A stretch of DNA of 64,000 nt, taken from the NCBI GenBank assembly GCA_963741955.1, contig CAVUKB010000007.1, forward strand, positions 896,001-960,000, in the 5' to 3' direction. This DNA comes from an uncultured Acidobacteriota bacterium (GTDB taxonomy: Bacteria; Acidobacteriota; Thermoanaerobaculia; Gp7-AA8). A program made the translations under genes and the position numbers. The notes under the pieces are model-generated. The model had not been told where the DNA came from and ran no database searches. It saw only the letters and a program-made list of their open reading frames with translations. Numbering within the stretch: position 1 is the first letter of the stretch; each line of letters opens with the position of its first letter. Below are positions 40,124 to 51,038 of the stretch, in pieces.

Positions 40124-42253
40124 ATGAAATTCGACCTGACTCGGCGAGACGTACTCCGATTCGCCGGAGGTGCGGTGGCCGGAACGGCCATCTCTCCCGC
40201 CCCCTGGAAGGCGATCGACGACCTCGCGATCTGGACTCAGAACTGGAGCTGGATGCCTCGACCTCCTGAGGGACCTCGAAGCACCAGACCGGTGAGCTGC
40301 GCGCTCTGCCCGGCCGGTTGTGCGGCACAGGCCCGCTGCGTCGGCGGTTTTCCGGTGAGCCTTCATCCTGCAAGCGCCGGCGCTGCGCCACTCTGCCCGC
40401 TGGGACAGACCGCCCATCACCTTCGATTTCATCCGGCTCGACTCTCCCGCCCCACTCGTCTGGTCCGCTACCCCGAGGGGCTCAGGCGCATCCCGGTGCA
40501 GCTCGATGCAGTGCTCGCCTCCGCAGCGGCGGGGACGCGCGCTCGCGGAGGGATGGCCGTACTCGATCTTCGTCCTGAACGAAGCGTCTCGTGGGCGTGG
40601 CGCGTCGTTCTCGCTCGCGTCCCCGGCGGCGGCACGTACATTCCGTCGCCGGGGCGTGACGGGGTCAGCCTCGGTATGGCTCTTGGAACCAATTCCGGAG
40701 ACCTGACCCCACTCGCGCTCGACCTCGAGCATTCCCGAACGATCCTCAGCTTCGGTGCACCGCTGCTGGAAGGGGCGAGTGCTCCGCAACTGCTCGCTCT
40801 CAGAAATGGTGCAGAGCCGCCCCGCATCATTCAGGTCGAACCTCACCGTTCGGCCACCGCACAGATGGCGGAACGCTGGCTCGCGCTCCGCCCCGGAACC
40901 GAGCGCATTCTCGCCCTCGGCCTGGGCCGTCAGCTGATCGCGGCCGGTGCCGTCACTCCGGCAGCCATGGCACGGCCTGACTTCAGCGAGTACGCAGAGA
41001 TCGTGGCAGGCTTCACTCCGGCCCGGGTCGCCGCGCTCACCGGACTCGATCCGAATGACGTCGTCGCGACCGCCCGCGAGCTCGCGACGGCCGGCACGGC
41101 TGCGCTCGTGCTTCCCGGTGAAGATCCGGCGGGTGGCCGATTCGGCGCGACGACCGAGGCCGCGATCCTGGCGCTCGACATCATCCTCGGGACTGCGGGT
41201 CCCGACGGAAGCATCGTGGTTCGAAACGAGCTCCCGGCGCCGGTGGAAGGAGCCGAGCTCGCGCCCGTTCGGGAGCTCGATCGCATTCCGGATCGATCGC
41301 TCGGACTTCTCATCGTCGACGCGTCGGCAGGCGATGCTCCCATCCCCTGGCCCGCGATCGAGCGCAAACTCCTTCGCGGGGCCCGAGTCATCGCATTGAG
41401 TCCGTTCCTCGCCGGTTCGTCCGCGCGCGCCGACTACGTCGTCCCGACCCCCACGTTCCTCGAGAGCGTGGCGGAGGTTCCCGGACCGTACCAGTCGCCT
41501 CGCCCGGAGCTCGCGATCTCTCCCGCGATCGCCGAGCCGGTCCATGGAACGACCGACCCGGCCGCGTTCATCCGCGCCTTTGCCACTGCGAGCGGAATCC
41601 CGCTCGACGGGGAGTGGAGACGGACCGAAGATCTGATCCGGTTGCGTGCCGATCGGATCCAGCGGAGCGGTGAGGGTCGGGTCTCCAGTCCATTCGATGG
41701 GTCTGAGACCGCGGTCCGCGATCTCGGCTCCGACGTGATGTTCGATGCCCTGGTGGCCGGGGCCCGGTGGCGAGGGGAGAAGGGGGCCCTCCCGGCGCCT
41801 CCATCCCTCCTCGGTGGAGAGGGCCCGGCTCTTCGCGCGATTCTGGCGGACGAGCAGATCGAGTCGATGCGGGAGCCGCAGTTCGATCTCACCGTCGTAC
41901 CGCGTGCCTCGCGGGACGTCGCATCCACCGCGGTGGTCTCGCCGCTGATGACGAAACTCTATCGCGAATCGGGACTCCGCCGCATTCCGGGCACCGCCGC
42001 GATCCATCCTGCGACCGCAAAGAACCTCGGGATGAGAAGCGGACGGATGGCGCGGATCGAGACGGCGTCGGGATCGGCTCGGGTACGGATTCTGATCGAC
42101 CGGGCGGTGCTCCCCGGCGTGGTGGAGCTGGAAGTCGCTCCCGATGCTCCGGCACTCGGCGACGGTCCCGCTCGCGGAACGTCGCTTCTGGATCTCTGCG
42201 TCGACGGATCGCTCGGATGGCGTCGTGCGGCGGCACGACTGGTGGAGGGATAA
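40124..42253 (+). CDS. qrcB: molybdopterin oxidoreductase-like subunit (QrcB-like)
   Basis: Tat signal TRRDVLRF, PWKAIDDLAIWTQNW, CALCPAGC...CPLG. Confidence 0.75.
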   Translation: MKFDLTRRDVLRFAGGAVAGTAISPAPWKAIDDLAIWTQNWSWMPRPPEGPRSTRPVSCALCPAGCAAQARCVGGFPVSLHPASAGAAPLCPLGQTAHHLRFHPARLSRPTRLVRYPEGLRRIPVQLDAVLASAAAGTRARGGMAVLDLRPERSVSWAWRVVLARVPGGGTYIPSPGRDGVSLGMALGTNSGDLTPLALDLEHSRTILSFGAPLLEGASAPQLLALRNGAEPPRIIQVEPHRSATAQMAERWLALRPGTERILALGLGRQLIAAGAVTPAAMARPDFSEYAEIVAGFTPARVAALTGLDPNDVVATARELATAGTAALVLPGEDPAGGRFGATTEAAILALDIILGTAGPDGSIVVRNELPAPVEGAELAPVRELDRIPDRSLGLLIVDASAGDAPIPWPAIERKLLRGARVIALSPFLAGSSARADYVVPTPTFLESVAEVPGPYQSPRPELAISPAIAEPVHGTTDPAAFIRAFATASGIPLDGEWRRTEDLIRLRADRIQRSGEGRVSSPFDGSETAVRDLGSDVMFDALVAGARWRGEKGALPAPPSLLGGEGPALRAILADEQIESMREPQFDLTVVPRASRDVASTAVVSPLMTKLYRESGLRRIPGTAAIHPATAKNLGMRSGRMARIETASGSARVRILIDRAVLPGVVELEVAPDAPALGDGPARGTSLLDLCVDGSLGWRRAAARLVEG

Positions 42254-43027
42254 ATGAGCTCCGCGGAAAAACCGAATCATCGCTACGGCATGGTGATCGA
42301 CCTCGATCGCTGCTCCGGATGCGGCGCCTGCGCGACGGCGTGCGCGGTGGAGAACAACGTTCCGCCGGCGCGGCCCGAAGCGAATGACCGCACCGGCCTC
42401 ACCTGGATGCGCGTTTATCGCGCCGAGAACGGCGAAGATCTTGCGGACGGCCGCGGAGTGTTCATCCCCGTCCTCTGCCAGCAGTGCGAGACCAACACGC
42501 CATGCGTGGCGGTCTGCCCGCAGAACGCGGTCGACGTCAGCCCGGAGACGGGGGTGGTGAGTCAGATCCCGGCCCGCTGTCTCGGATGCCGCTACTGCAT
42601 GGCGGCGTGCCCGTTCCACACCCGCTATTTCAACTGGTTCGATCCGAAGTGGCCTGCCGGGATGGAAGCGACGCTGAATCCCGACGTCTCGGTCCGGATG
42701 CGCGGCGTGGTCGAGAAGTGCAACCTCTGTCACGCGCGCTGGCAGGCGGCGAAGGCGAAGGCCGCGGTCGCCGGGAAGCGCGAGATCGATCCCGCGGACT
42801 ACGTCCCTGCCTGTGTGGAGTCCTGCCCGACCCGCGCGATCGTCTTCGGCGATCTCGACGATGCCGGAAGCGGGGTGGCGAAGGCCGCGAAACAGCGGGA
42901 TGCGTTCCGCCTTCTCGCCCGACTCGGTACCGGAACGAAGATTTTCTACCGTTCGCGCCGGCCCTGGGTGCGCCGTCTCGCAGATGGCGACCTCGCACAG
43001 AGGGAGAAGGAGGTGTCTCGTGTCTGA
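42254..43027 (+). CDS. qrcC: 4Fe-4S ferredoxin-type subunit (QrcC-like)
   Basis: YGMVIDLDRCSGCGAC, CQQC..PCVAVCP, CLGCRYCMAACP, EKCNLC..PACVESCP. Confidence 0.85.
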   Translation: MSSAEKPNHRYGMVIDLDRCSGCGACATACAVENNVPPARPEANDRTGLTWMRVYRAENGEDLADGRGVFIPVLCQQCETNTPCVAVCPQNAVDVSPETGVVSQIPARCLGCRYCMAACPFHTRYFNWFDPKWPAGMEATLNPDVSVRMRGVVEKCNLCHARWQAAKAKAAVAGKREIDPADYVPACVESCPTRAIVFGDLDDAGSGVAKAAKQRDAFRLLARLGTGTKIFYRSRRPWVRRLADGDLAQREKEVSRV

Positions 43028-44252
43028 AGCCTTGATCCGACGCGGCGTTCAGCGCTGCTCCCGCGGAAGGTTTCTGGCGTGGCTGGCGCCGTGGGCAGTG
43101 CTGCTGGCGGTTGGCGTCTTCGCGATCGGTCTCTGTCTCGTCGAAGGATTGAACCAGACCAACATGGACAACCGCTTCGCGTTCGGCCTCTGGATCTTCC
43201 TCGACCTGACCGTGATCGCGCTCGGCGCCGGTGCGTTCTTCACCGGCTTCCTCCTCTACATCCTCCGCCGTCACGAGCTGAAGGCGGTGATCAACAGTGC
43301 GGTGGTGATCGGCTTCATCTGCTACTCCGGCGCGGTGCTGGTGCTGATGGTCGACGTCGGCCAGCCCCTGCGTGCGTGGTTCACGTTCTGGCATCCGAAC
43401 GTCCATTCGATGCTCACCGAGGTGACGTTCTGCATCACGTGCTACCTCACGGTGCTGGCGATCGAATATCTCCCGATCATCCTGAAGAACCGCGAGGTTC
43501 GGAAGGTGCCGTCGTATCTCGTCTTCGAGCATCAGCTGCACAAGGCGATGCCGATCCTCGCTGCGACGGGAGCGTTCCTCTCGTTCTTTCACCAGGGATC
43601 GCTCGGAGGTCTGTACGGAGTTCTGCAGGGTCGGCCGTTCGCATTCCGCGAAGGGATCGCGATCTGGCCGACCACGTTCTTCCTCTTCATCCTCTCGGCA
43701 ATCGCGGCCGGACCGGCCTTCGTCCTCCTCACCACCTGGACGGTCTCGAAGATCACCAGGAAGACTCTCGTGAAGCAGGAGGTGTTGCAGCTGCTGTCGA
43801 AGATCTCCGGCTGGCTGCTGATCGTCTACGTCGGGCTGAAGAGCCTCGACACGCTCGGATGGCTGAACGGGACCGCACCGCGGACGGGAATCGTCCCGGC
43901 GCGCTTCTACGGATGGGAGCCATTCGGGAGCTGGATCCTCTTCACCGAGATCGTCCTGCTCGGGCTCGTCCCGGGACTGATGTTCCTGTCACGGCGCACC
44001 AGGGAGAGCACGGGGTGGATGGTCACTGCCTCCGTTCTCGTCTGCGCAGGTGTGGCGCTGAACCGGTTCGTGATGACCATTCAGACTCTCGCGCTCCCGA
44101 CCCTCGAGTTCGATCGTTTCATGCTCTATTTCCCGAGCTGGCAGGAAGTCGCGGCATTCGCCGCAGTGATCGCCTACGGGGTGATTCTCTACTCCGTCTC
44201 GTTCCGTTACCTGACCCTCTTTCCGCAGGAGCGGGAGCTCCAGCAGAGATGA
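43020..44252 (+). CDS. qrcD: NrfD/PsrC family integral membrane subunit (QrcD-like)
   Basis: GVQRCS, TNMDNRFAFGLWI, DVGQPLR, FFHQGSLGG, YFPSWQE. Confidence 0.82.
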   Translation: MSEALIRRGVQRCSRGRFLAWLAPWAVLLAVGVFAIGLCLVEGLNQTNMDNRFAFGLWIFLDLTVIALGAGAFFTGFLLYILRRHELKAVINSAVVIGFICYSGAVLVLMVDVGQPLRAWFTFWHPNVHSMLTEVTFCITCYLTVLAIEYLPIILKNREVRKVPSYLVFEHQLHKAMPILAATGAFLSFFHQGSLGGLYGVLQGRPFAFREGIAIWPTTFFLFILSAIAAGPAFVLLTTWTVSKITRKTLVKQEVLQLLSKISGWLLIVYVGLKSLDTLGWLNGTAPRTGIVPARFYGWEPFGSWILFTEIVLLGLVPGLMFLSRRTRESTGWMVTASVLVCAGVALNRFVMTIQTLALPTLEFDRFMLYFPSWQEVAAFAAVIAYGVILYSVSFRYLTLFPQERELQQR

Positions 44253-44269
44253 GGTCGAGGAGGTATTGA

Positions 44270-45097
44270 ATGTTTCCCGGCATTTATGAATTCAACTGGG
44301 ACGCGCCCCACATCATCTTTCTGGGTGTCTTCTACCTGGTGCTGGTGATCGTCTTCTCGACGCTCTTCATCTCGCTTTTCCGCTCGATTCGCGATTTGCG
44401 GCAGGGCCGCGTCGATGCGATCCGCTGGCACACCGACTTCGAGGATCTCCCGGCCGCCGCGCGAAAGTGCCGGCACGAGATCGTGGGCGACGTCGCCTCC
44501 CGCGTCTGTGTCAATGCGTTCCGGTGTGACCGCTGCGCCGATCACGCCCGTCTCGAGGCGGAGCACCCTTCACGTCCGGGAGCACTGGAGCCGGCGGTGG
44601 CAGGATTCGCTCTCCCTGCGGACCGGCTCTACCACCGCGGCCATACCTGGGTGCGCCCCGAAGAGGACGGGACGATGACCATCGGACTCGACGATCTCGG
44701 GCGGCGACTGAGCGGGGAGCGGGAGTCTTTCGAGCTTCCACGGCCCGGGACGAGACTCCACGCGAACGGAGAAGGATGGATCGTTCGGCAGAGGGGGATC
44801 ACGCTCCGCGTGCAGTCGCCGGTCGCCGGCGAAGTGATTGCAACCGGTGACGCGGGAGACGAGTGGGTACTGAAGATCCGTCCGGAGAGCGACCCGCCGG
44901 AGACGAGACACCTCCTCACTCCGGTAGAAGCTCGCTCGTGGATGCTGCGCGAAGTGGAACGGCTGCAGCTCGCACTCGGATCGGCGGGCCTCGGCGCGAC
45001 GCTCGCCGACGGCGGAACGCCGGTCGAGAATCTCTCCGAGATCATTCCCCCCGACCGTCTCGACGACGTCCTCGGCGACGTCTTCCTCGACCCGTAG
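44270..45097 (+). CDS. membrane-anchored GcvH-like protein with Cys cluster
   Basis: N-terminal TM, CRH..C..C..C..H, YHRGHTWV, IGLDD, SPVAGEV; Gly at the lipoyl-Lys position. Confidence 0.8.
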   Translation: MFPGIYEFNWDAPHIIFLGVFYLVLVIVFSTLFISLFRSIRDLRQGRVDAIRWHTDFEDLPAAARKCRHEIVGDVASRVCVNAFRCDRCADHARLEAEHPSRPGALEPAVAGFALPADRLYHRGHTWVRPEEDGTMTIGLDDLGRRLSGERESFELPRPGTRLHANGEGWIVRQRGITLRVQSPVAGEVIATGDAGDEWVLKIRPESDPPETRHLLTPVEARSWMLREVERLQLALGSAGLGATLADGGTPVENLSEIIPPDRLDDVLGDVFLDP

Positions 45098-45104
45098 ATG
45101 CGGT

Positions 45105-45537
45105 AGCCCCGCAGGGGCGATTGACGGATTCCGGACGGAAAGACCGCGGAGGCAAAGCCCCGTAGGGGCGATTGACAATAGCCCAGGGCGCAGCCCTGGG
45201 GTGACGTGCGGACGAAATCCCTGTTCGACAGCCCCGGAGGGGCGATTGAAAATAGCCCAGGGCGCAGCCCTGGGATGTCAACGGAAAGCTCGCGGTGGCA
45301 AAGCCCCGTAGGGGCGATTGACAGTAGCCCAGGGCGCAGCCCTGGGGTGTCAACGGAAAGACCGCGGAGGCGGAGCCCCGTAGGGGCGATTGACAGTAGC
45401 CCAGGGCGCAGCCCTGGGGTGTCAACGGAAAGCTCGCGGTGGCAAAGCCCCGTAGGGGCGATTGAAAATAGCCCAGGACGCAGTCCTGGGATGACGACGG
45501 AAAGACCATGGTTGCGGAGCCCCGGAGGGGCGATTGA
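45105..45537 (+). repeat. REP array, left (7 units, mostly 72-bp period)
   Basis: AGCCCCGTAGGGGCGATTGA(CAATAGCCCAGGGCGCAGCCCTGGG) at 45105, 45156, 45230, 45302, 45374, 45446, 45518. Confidence 0.9.
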
Positions 45538-45538
45538 G

Positions 45539-45991
45539 TCATCCCCACACGTACTTCGGATCGTATTCGATCCCGTGGACGTCGAGGAACTCCAGAAACT
45601 CCTCCTGAAACGTCTTCGCCTTGTGATGCTTCTCCTGATTACGGATGTACTGCTCGGTCTTCTCCCGCGCGGAGATACTGAGGCTGAACGCGCCGTATCC
45701 TTCCTGCCATGCGAATCCGTGCGCACGGGGAAATGTCTCTTTCACGAACTTCGACGAACCGGCCTTGATCAACTGCATCGCCCTCGCGATGGAAATCTTC
45801 GCGGGGATCGAAAGAAGGATGTGCGCGTGGTCGAAATAGCCTCCGACTTCCAGAGCGCGCATTTCGTTCTCGCGAGCAATGCCTCCGATAAAGGGCCAGA
45901 GTCGCTCGCGAAGGTCTCGCTCGAGAAAGGGTTCACGGTTCTTCGTGCTGAAGATGCAGTGCACAAGACAGCTCGTGAAGGTATGTCCCAT
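45539..45991 (-). CDS. tnpA: IS200/IS605-type Y1 transposase (REP-associated, RAYT-like)
   Basis: HCIFSTK, HuH motif DHAH, WQEGYGAFS, catalytic YIRNQ; flanked by inverted REP arrays. Confidence 0.92.
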   Translation of the reverse strand: MGHTFTSCLVHCIFSTKNREPFLERDLRERLWPFIGGIARENEMRALEVGGYFDHAHILLSIPAKISIARAMQLIKAGSSKFVKETFPRAHGFAWQEGYGAFSLSISAREKTEQYIRNQEKHHKAKTFQEEFLEFLDVHGIEYDPKYVWG

Positions 45992-46011
45992 CGTGGTATC
46001 AACTCCTCGAT

Positions 46012-46277
46012 TCAATCGCCCCTCCGGGGCTCATCGATTTTACACGACGCTTGATGCGACCCCAGGACTGCGTCCTGGGCTATTGTCAATCGCCCCTACG
46101 GGGCTCGGGATGATGGCGATGATTGTATGGGAACCGGCATCCTGACCCCAGGACTGCGTCCTGGGCTATTGTCAATCGCCCCTCCGGGGCTCGTGATGAC
46201 CGGGATGATTGTATTGGGATCGCCATCCTGACCCCAGGACTTCGTCCTGGGCTATTGTCAATCGCCCCTACGGGGCT
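46012..46277 (-). repeat. REP array, right (4 units, 86-bp period), inverted relative to the left array
   Basis: CCCAGGACTGCGTCCTGGGCTATTGTCAATCGCCCCTACGGGGCT at 46061, 46147, 46233, plus a partial unit at 46012. Confidence 0.9.
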
Positions 46278-46326
46278 ACCCCCGACCCCCGACCCCTGAT
46301 CTCTGCTCCCCGCCCCCCCCGGCCCG

Positions 46327-47697
<1,371 letters not shown>

Positions 47698-48261
47698 GAT
47701 CGGGTTCTCCGTCCTGCGAAACGGCGGCGGTGCGTGACGCTGCGAGCGCGTCGTGGAGAAGCAGCTCGCAGTCGCCGCAGAAGCCGTCGCCTTTCGCGTC
47801 GAGTTTCCGGATGTCGGTCGAAAGAGCCATGGTGCACTGCGGGTTCTCGCAATGCGTCAGGCCATAGGCGTGTCCGATCTCGTGCAGCACTTCCTTCCGG
47901 ACACGCAGGAGGAAGAGCGATGGATTCGAGGGAAGACCGTAGAACTCCTGACGCAGCCGGGCGAATGAAAGAATCGCTGCGGGTCCGTCGAGCTGCGCCT
48001 GTCCGTAGACGAACGAGAGCATGGGGATGAAGAGATCGCGTTCGGTCAGGACGAGGAGCTTTTCCGCGGCCGCGGGGCGGCGCGGGATCGCGTCGCGCAG
48101 AATCAGGGTCGAACTGTATTGGGACCGCGCAGGATCGAACGCGTACTCCGGCTCGGGAAGCGGCTCGAGCCGCCGGATTGCGACGCCGAGAACCGACTCG
48201 AGGGACCGCGAAGCCCAGGCCGCTGCATTCGCCTCCACCATTCCTGCCTCCACCACCGCGA

Positions 48262-49902
48262 TCAGACCCACCGCGACTCTTCCAATCCCGTCTTCGCAGC
48301 CGCGGGCGCCGACGGGGTGGTCTCCGCGACGTCGTTCGTGCGCGGCAGCGACACGTGGAACGAGGTTCCTTCGCCGACGTGACTGGTGACCTCGATCTCT
48401 CCGTTGTGTGCCTTCACGATCCCGTACACCACCGCGAGTCCGAGTCCCACCCCTTTGCCTTCTTCCTTGGTGGTGAAGAAGGGATCGAAAATCTTCGAGA
48501 GAAGCTCCGAGGGAATCCCCGCGCCGGTATCGGAGACTTCGAGCAGCACGTGCTCCTCGTCGTGCGAGGTCTTCACCGTCACCTTCCCTCCTCCTTTCAG
48601 CGCCTCGGCGCCGTTCAGGAGAAGGTTGATCACTACCTGCTGGATTTGCGACGGATCGCAGCGAAGCGTGGGGAGCTTCTCGTCCAGCTGCAGGTCGAGT
48701 GCGACGTTCGCGAGCTGCAGTTTGTGCGCGACGAGCGACACGGTGGTCCGGATCACCGCGTTGAGATCTCCTTCGATGTTCTGCGGCTTCGAGCGGCGGG
48801 AAAAGGAGAGGAGATCCGAGACGATCCGGCCGACCCGGGAGGTCTCGGTCGAGACCTGCTCGAGGTAGCGGCGGAACTCGGCGATCCGTGCGGGAGGAAT
48901 GCCGTCGTCCTTCAGGATCCGCTGCATCAGCATGGAGAGATTCAGGACACCGGAGAGAGGATTGTTGATCTCGTGCGCCACGCTGGCGGCGAGCTCGCCG
49001 AGAGACGCGAGACGGTCGGTCTGGATCAGCTTCTGCTGGGCGATCTTGAGCTGCCGGGTCCGTTCCTCGACTTTCGATTCGAGCTTCTGAGTGAACTCCG
49101 CGTTCTGGTCCATCGCGAGCTTGAGCCGCTCGCGCATCAGGTTGAATGATCGCGCCAGATGCTCGAACTCCTCGCTCGAGCGGATCTCGATCGGCTGGTC
49201 GAGCTGCATCTCGCTGATCGACTTCGTCGCCGCGATCAGACGGCGGATCGGCTTGTCGATCACGTTGTGGGTGAAGATCAGGAGGAAGATCACGATCAGC
49301 GTGATCTCGCCGGCGGTGAGGAGGCCGGTGCGGAGCCGGATCGCGCTCATGTCCTCATCGATCCGCGACGCGTCGAGGGTGAGGTCGAGAACGCCGAGAA
49401 CTCTGACGCTGGCGGGGTGCGCGTGGCACGAAGCCTGGCTGCACGAAGGCTCGTTGTAGATGGGGGTGATCATGGCGATGGCGCGGGTGCCGTCGGGACG
49501 GCGGAACATCCGGGCGCGCGAGGGAACGTCGACCTTGACCAGCGGCCTCGCCGCGGCGTGGCAGGGGGAGCAGACCTCCGCACTCTCATCGACGTGAATC
49601 TTCTCCGTCGGAGTGGTGGAGAACATCAGGCGCCCGTCCTTGTTGAACATCCGGATCAGGGAGATCCCCTGCTTGTCGGCGATGGTCTTCATCACCTCGT
49701 AGCTCGCCTGGCGATGGTCGGCGAGCATGGATTGCCAGGTCGCGCTGGTGATGCTGCGCGAGAGCTGGTCGGCGCCGAGGACCATGCTCTCGACCAGCTG
49801 GCGCTCCTGGCTCTTCAGATTGGCGTAGAGCGAGAACGTGGTGACGATCAGGGCGATGACTGCGAGCGCGAGAATCAGCTTCGTCGCGAGGCGCCGAGGC
49901 AC
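48262..49902 (-). CDS. HAMP sensor histidine kinase with periplasmic CxxCH-type motifs
   Basis: CSPCH and CSQASCH between TM helices; VAHEINNP, FFTTK, GVGLGL; GTG start after GGAGG. Confidence 0.9.
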   Translation of the reverse strand: MPRRLATKLILALAVIALIVTTFSLYANLKSQERQLVESMVLGADQLSRSITSATWQSMLADHRQASYEVMKTIADKQGISLIRMFNKDGRLMFSTTPTEKIHVDESAEVCSPCHAAARPLVKVDVPSRARMFRRPDGTRAIAMITPIYNEPSCSQASCHAHPASVRVLGVLDLTLDASRIDEDMSAIRLRTGLLTAGEITLIVIFLLIFTHNVIDKPIRRLIAATKSISEMQLDQPIEIRSSEEFEHLARSFNLMRERLKLAMDQNAEFTQKLESKVEERTRQLKIAQQKLIQTDRLASLGELAASVAHEINNPLSGVLNLSMLMQRILKDDGIPPARIAEFRRYLEQVSTETSRVGRIVSDLLSFSRRSKPQNIEGDLNAVIRTTVSLVAHKLQLANVALDLQLDEKLPTLRCDPSQIQQVVINLLLNGAEALKGGGKVTVKTSHDEEHVLLEVSDTGAGIPSELLSKIFDPFFTTKEEGKGVGLGLAVVYGIVKAHNGEIEVTSHVGEGTSFHVSLPRTNDVAETTPSAPAAAKTGLEESRWV

Positions 49903-50013
49903 GATTCCACCTCCATGGGGCGACTCCCTTCCATAATTTAATCCCTGTTTACGTTTGGGTCCGGTCATCCGAACCGAGCGGATGTGACGCGGAGGAGAAG
50001 ACGACTGCAGAAT

Positions 50014-50281
50014 GGAGAAGACGAATGCAGAATGCAGAGTTCAGAATGAAGAATTGAGAAGGGGAAAGGGTCGAGCCGGGCGGCGTCGAGCGGGGAGGGG
50101 GGAGGGGAGCGACGAGCGGGGAGCGACGAGCGGAGAGGGGGGGAGGCGAGCGGCGAGGCACGATAAATTCAGGCGCCACCGGCGGGCAATTCAGGCGCCG
50201 CCCGTGAAATGACTCCGTTGTCCGTTCTCCCTTCTCAATTCTGAATTCTGAATTCTGCATTCTGCATTCGTCTTCTCCTCC
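50014..50281. repeat. inverted heptamer (CAGAATG/CATTCTG) arrays around a non-coding core
   Basis: About 50-bp arms at 50014-50065 and 50227-50281 are near-perfect reverse complements. Confidence 0.75.
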
Positions 50282-50414
50282 GGTCCGGATCCTCCGATCC
50301 GCCGCGTGAATCAGATTCGCGCGTGGAAGGGGAGCCTGGGGGAGAAGCGGAGCGAATTCGAAATTCGAAAATCCTGCGGAATACCCGCGCCGCCCGCGCC
50401 GTTACTCGGGGTCC

Positions 50415-50443
50415 TTGACGCGAGAGGGCACGACGGAGATAAT
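50415..50443 (+). promoter_or_regulatory. sigma-70 promoter of tRNA-fMet
   Basis: TTGACG-N17-GATAAT followed by a GC-rich discriminator-like stretch. Confidence 0.65.
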
Positions 50444-50518
50444 CCCCCCTCGCGAGCGCGGCCCGGAATCAGTGGGCACGGCGCGGAAGCAACCGGCACC
50501 GCCGGATGTTGACAGTGA

Positions 50519-50596
<78 letters not shown>

Positions 50597-50609
50597 CTGA
50601 AATCGAGCG

Positions 50610-50636
50610 AACGCCGCCGCGAGGCGGCGTTTCTTT
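50610..50636 (+). terminator. tRNA terminator hairpin (repeated in every array unit)
   Basis: AACGCCGCC-gcga-GGCGGCGTT + T-rich tract; the longest T-run follows the last copy (51544-51548). Confidence 0.75.
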
Positions 50637-50697
50637 GCAAAGAGAGGGTCTCGATCCGGCAGAGTTCGAGAGGGGCTCATAATCCCGCAAGGCGGGA

Positions 50698-50728
<31 letters not shown>

Positions 50729-50829
50729 CTGAAATCGAGCGAACGCCGCCGCGAGGCGGCGTTTCTTTGCAAGGAGAGGGTCTCGATCCGGCAGAGTTCG
50801 AGAAAGGCTCATAATCCCGCAAGGCGGGA

Positions 50830-50860
<31 letters not shown>

Positions 50861-50961
50861 CTGAAATCGAGCGAACGCCGCCGCGAGGCGGCGTTTCTTT
50901 GCAAGGAGAGGGTCTCGATCCGGCAGAGTTCGAGAAAGGCTCATAATCCCGCAAGGCGGGA

Positions 50962-50992
<31 letters not shown>

Positions 50993-51038
50993 CTGAAATC
51001 GAGCGAACGCCGCCGCGAGGCGGCGTTTCCTGTTTCAC

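Noticed and set aside
44629-46054. Repetitive-peptide ORFs (SPLRG / PGLRPG), also 50552-50992 (-)
   Set aside because: They are translations of the DNA repeats.
45105-46277. CRISPR array
   Set aside because: Units are inverted around a Y1 transposase and the spacers are related to each other, which is REP-like.
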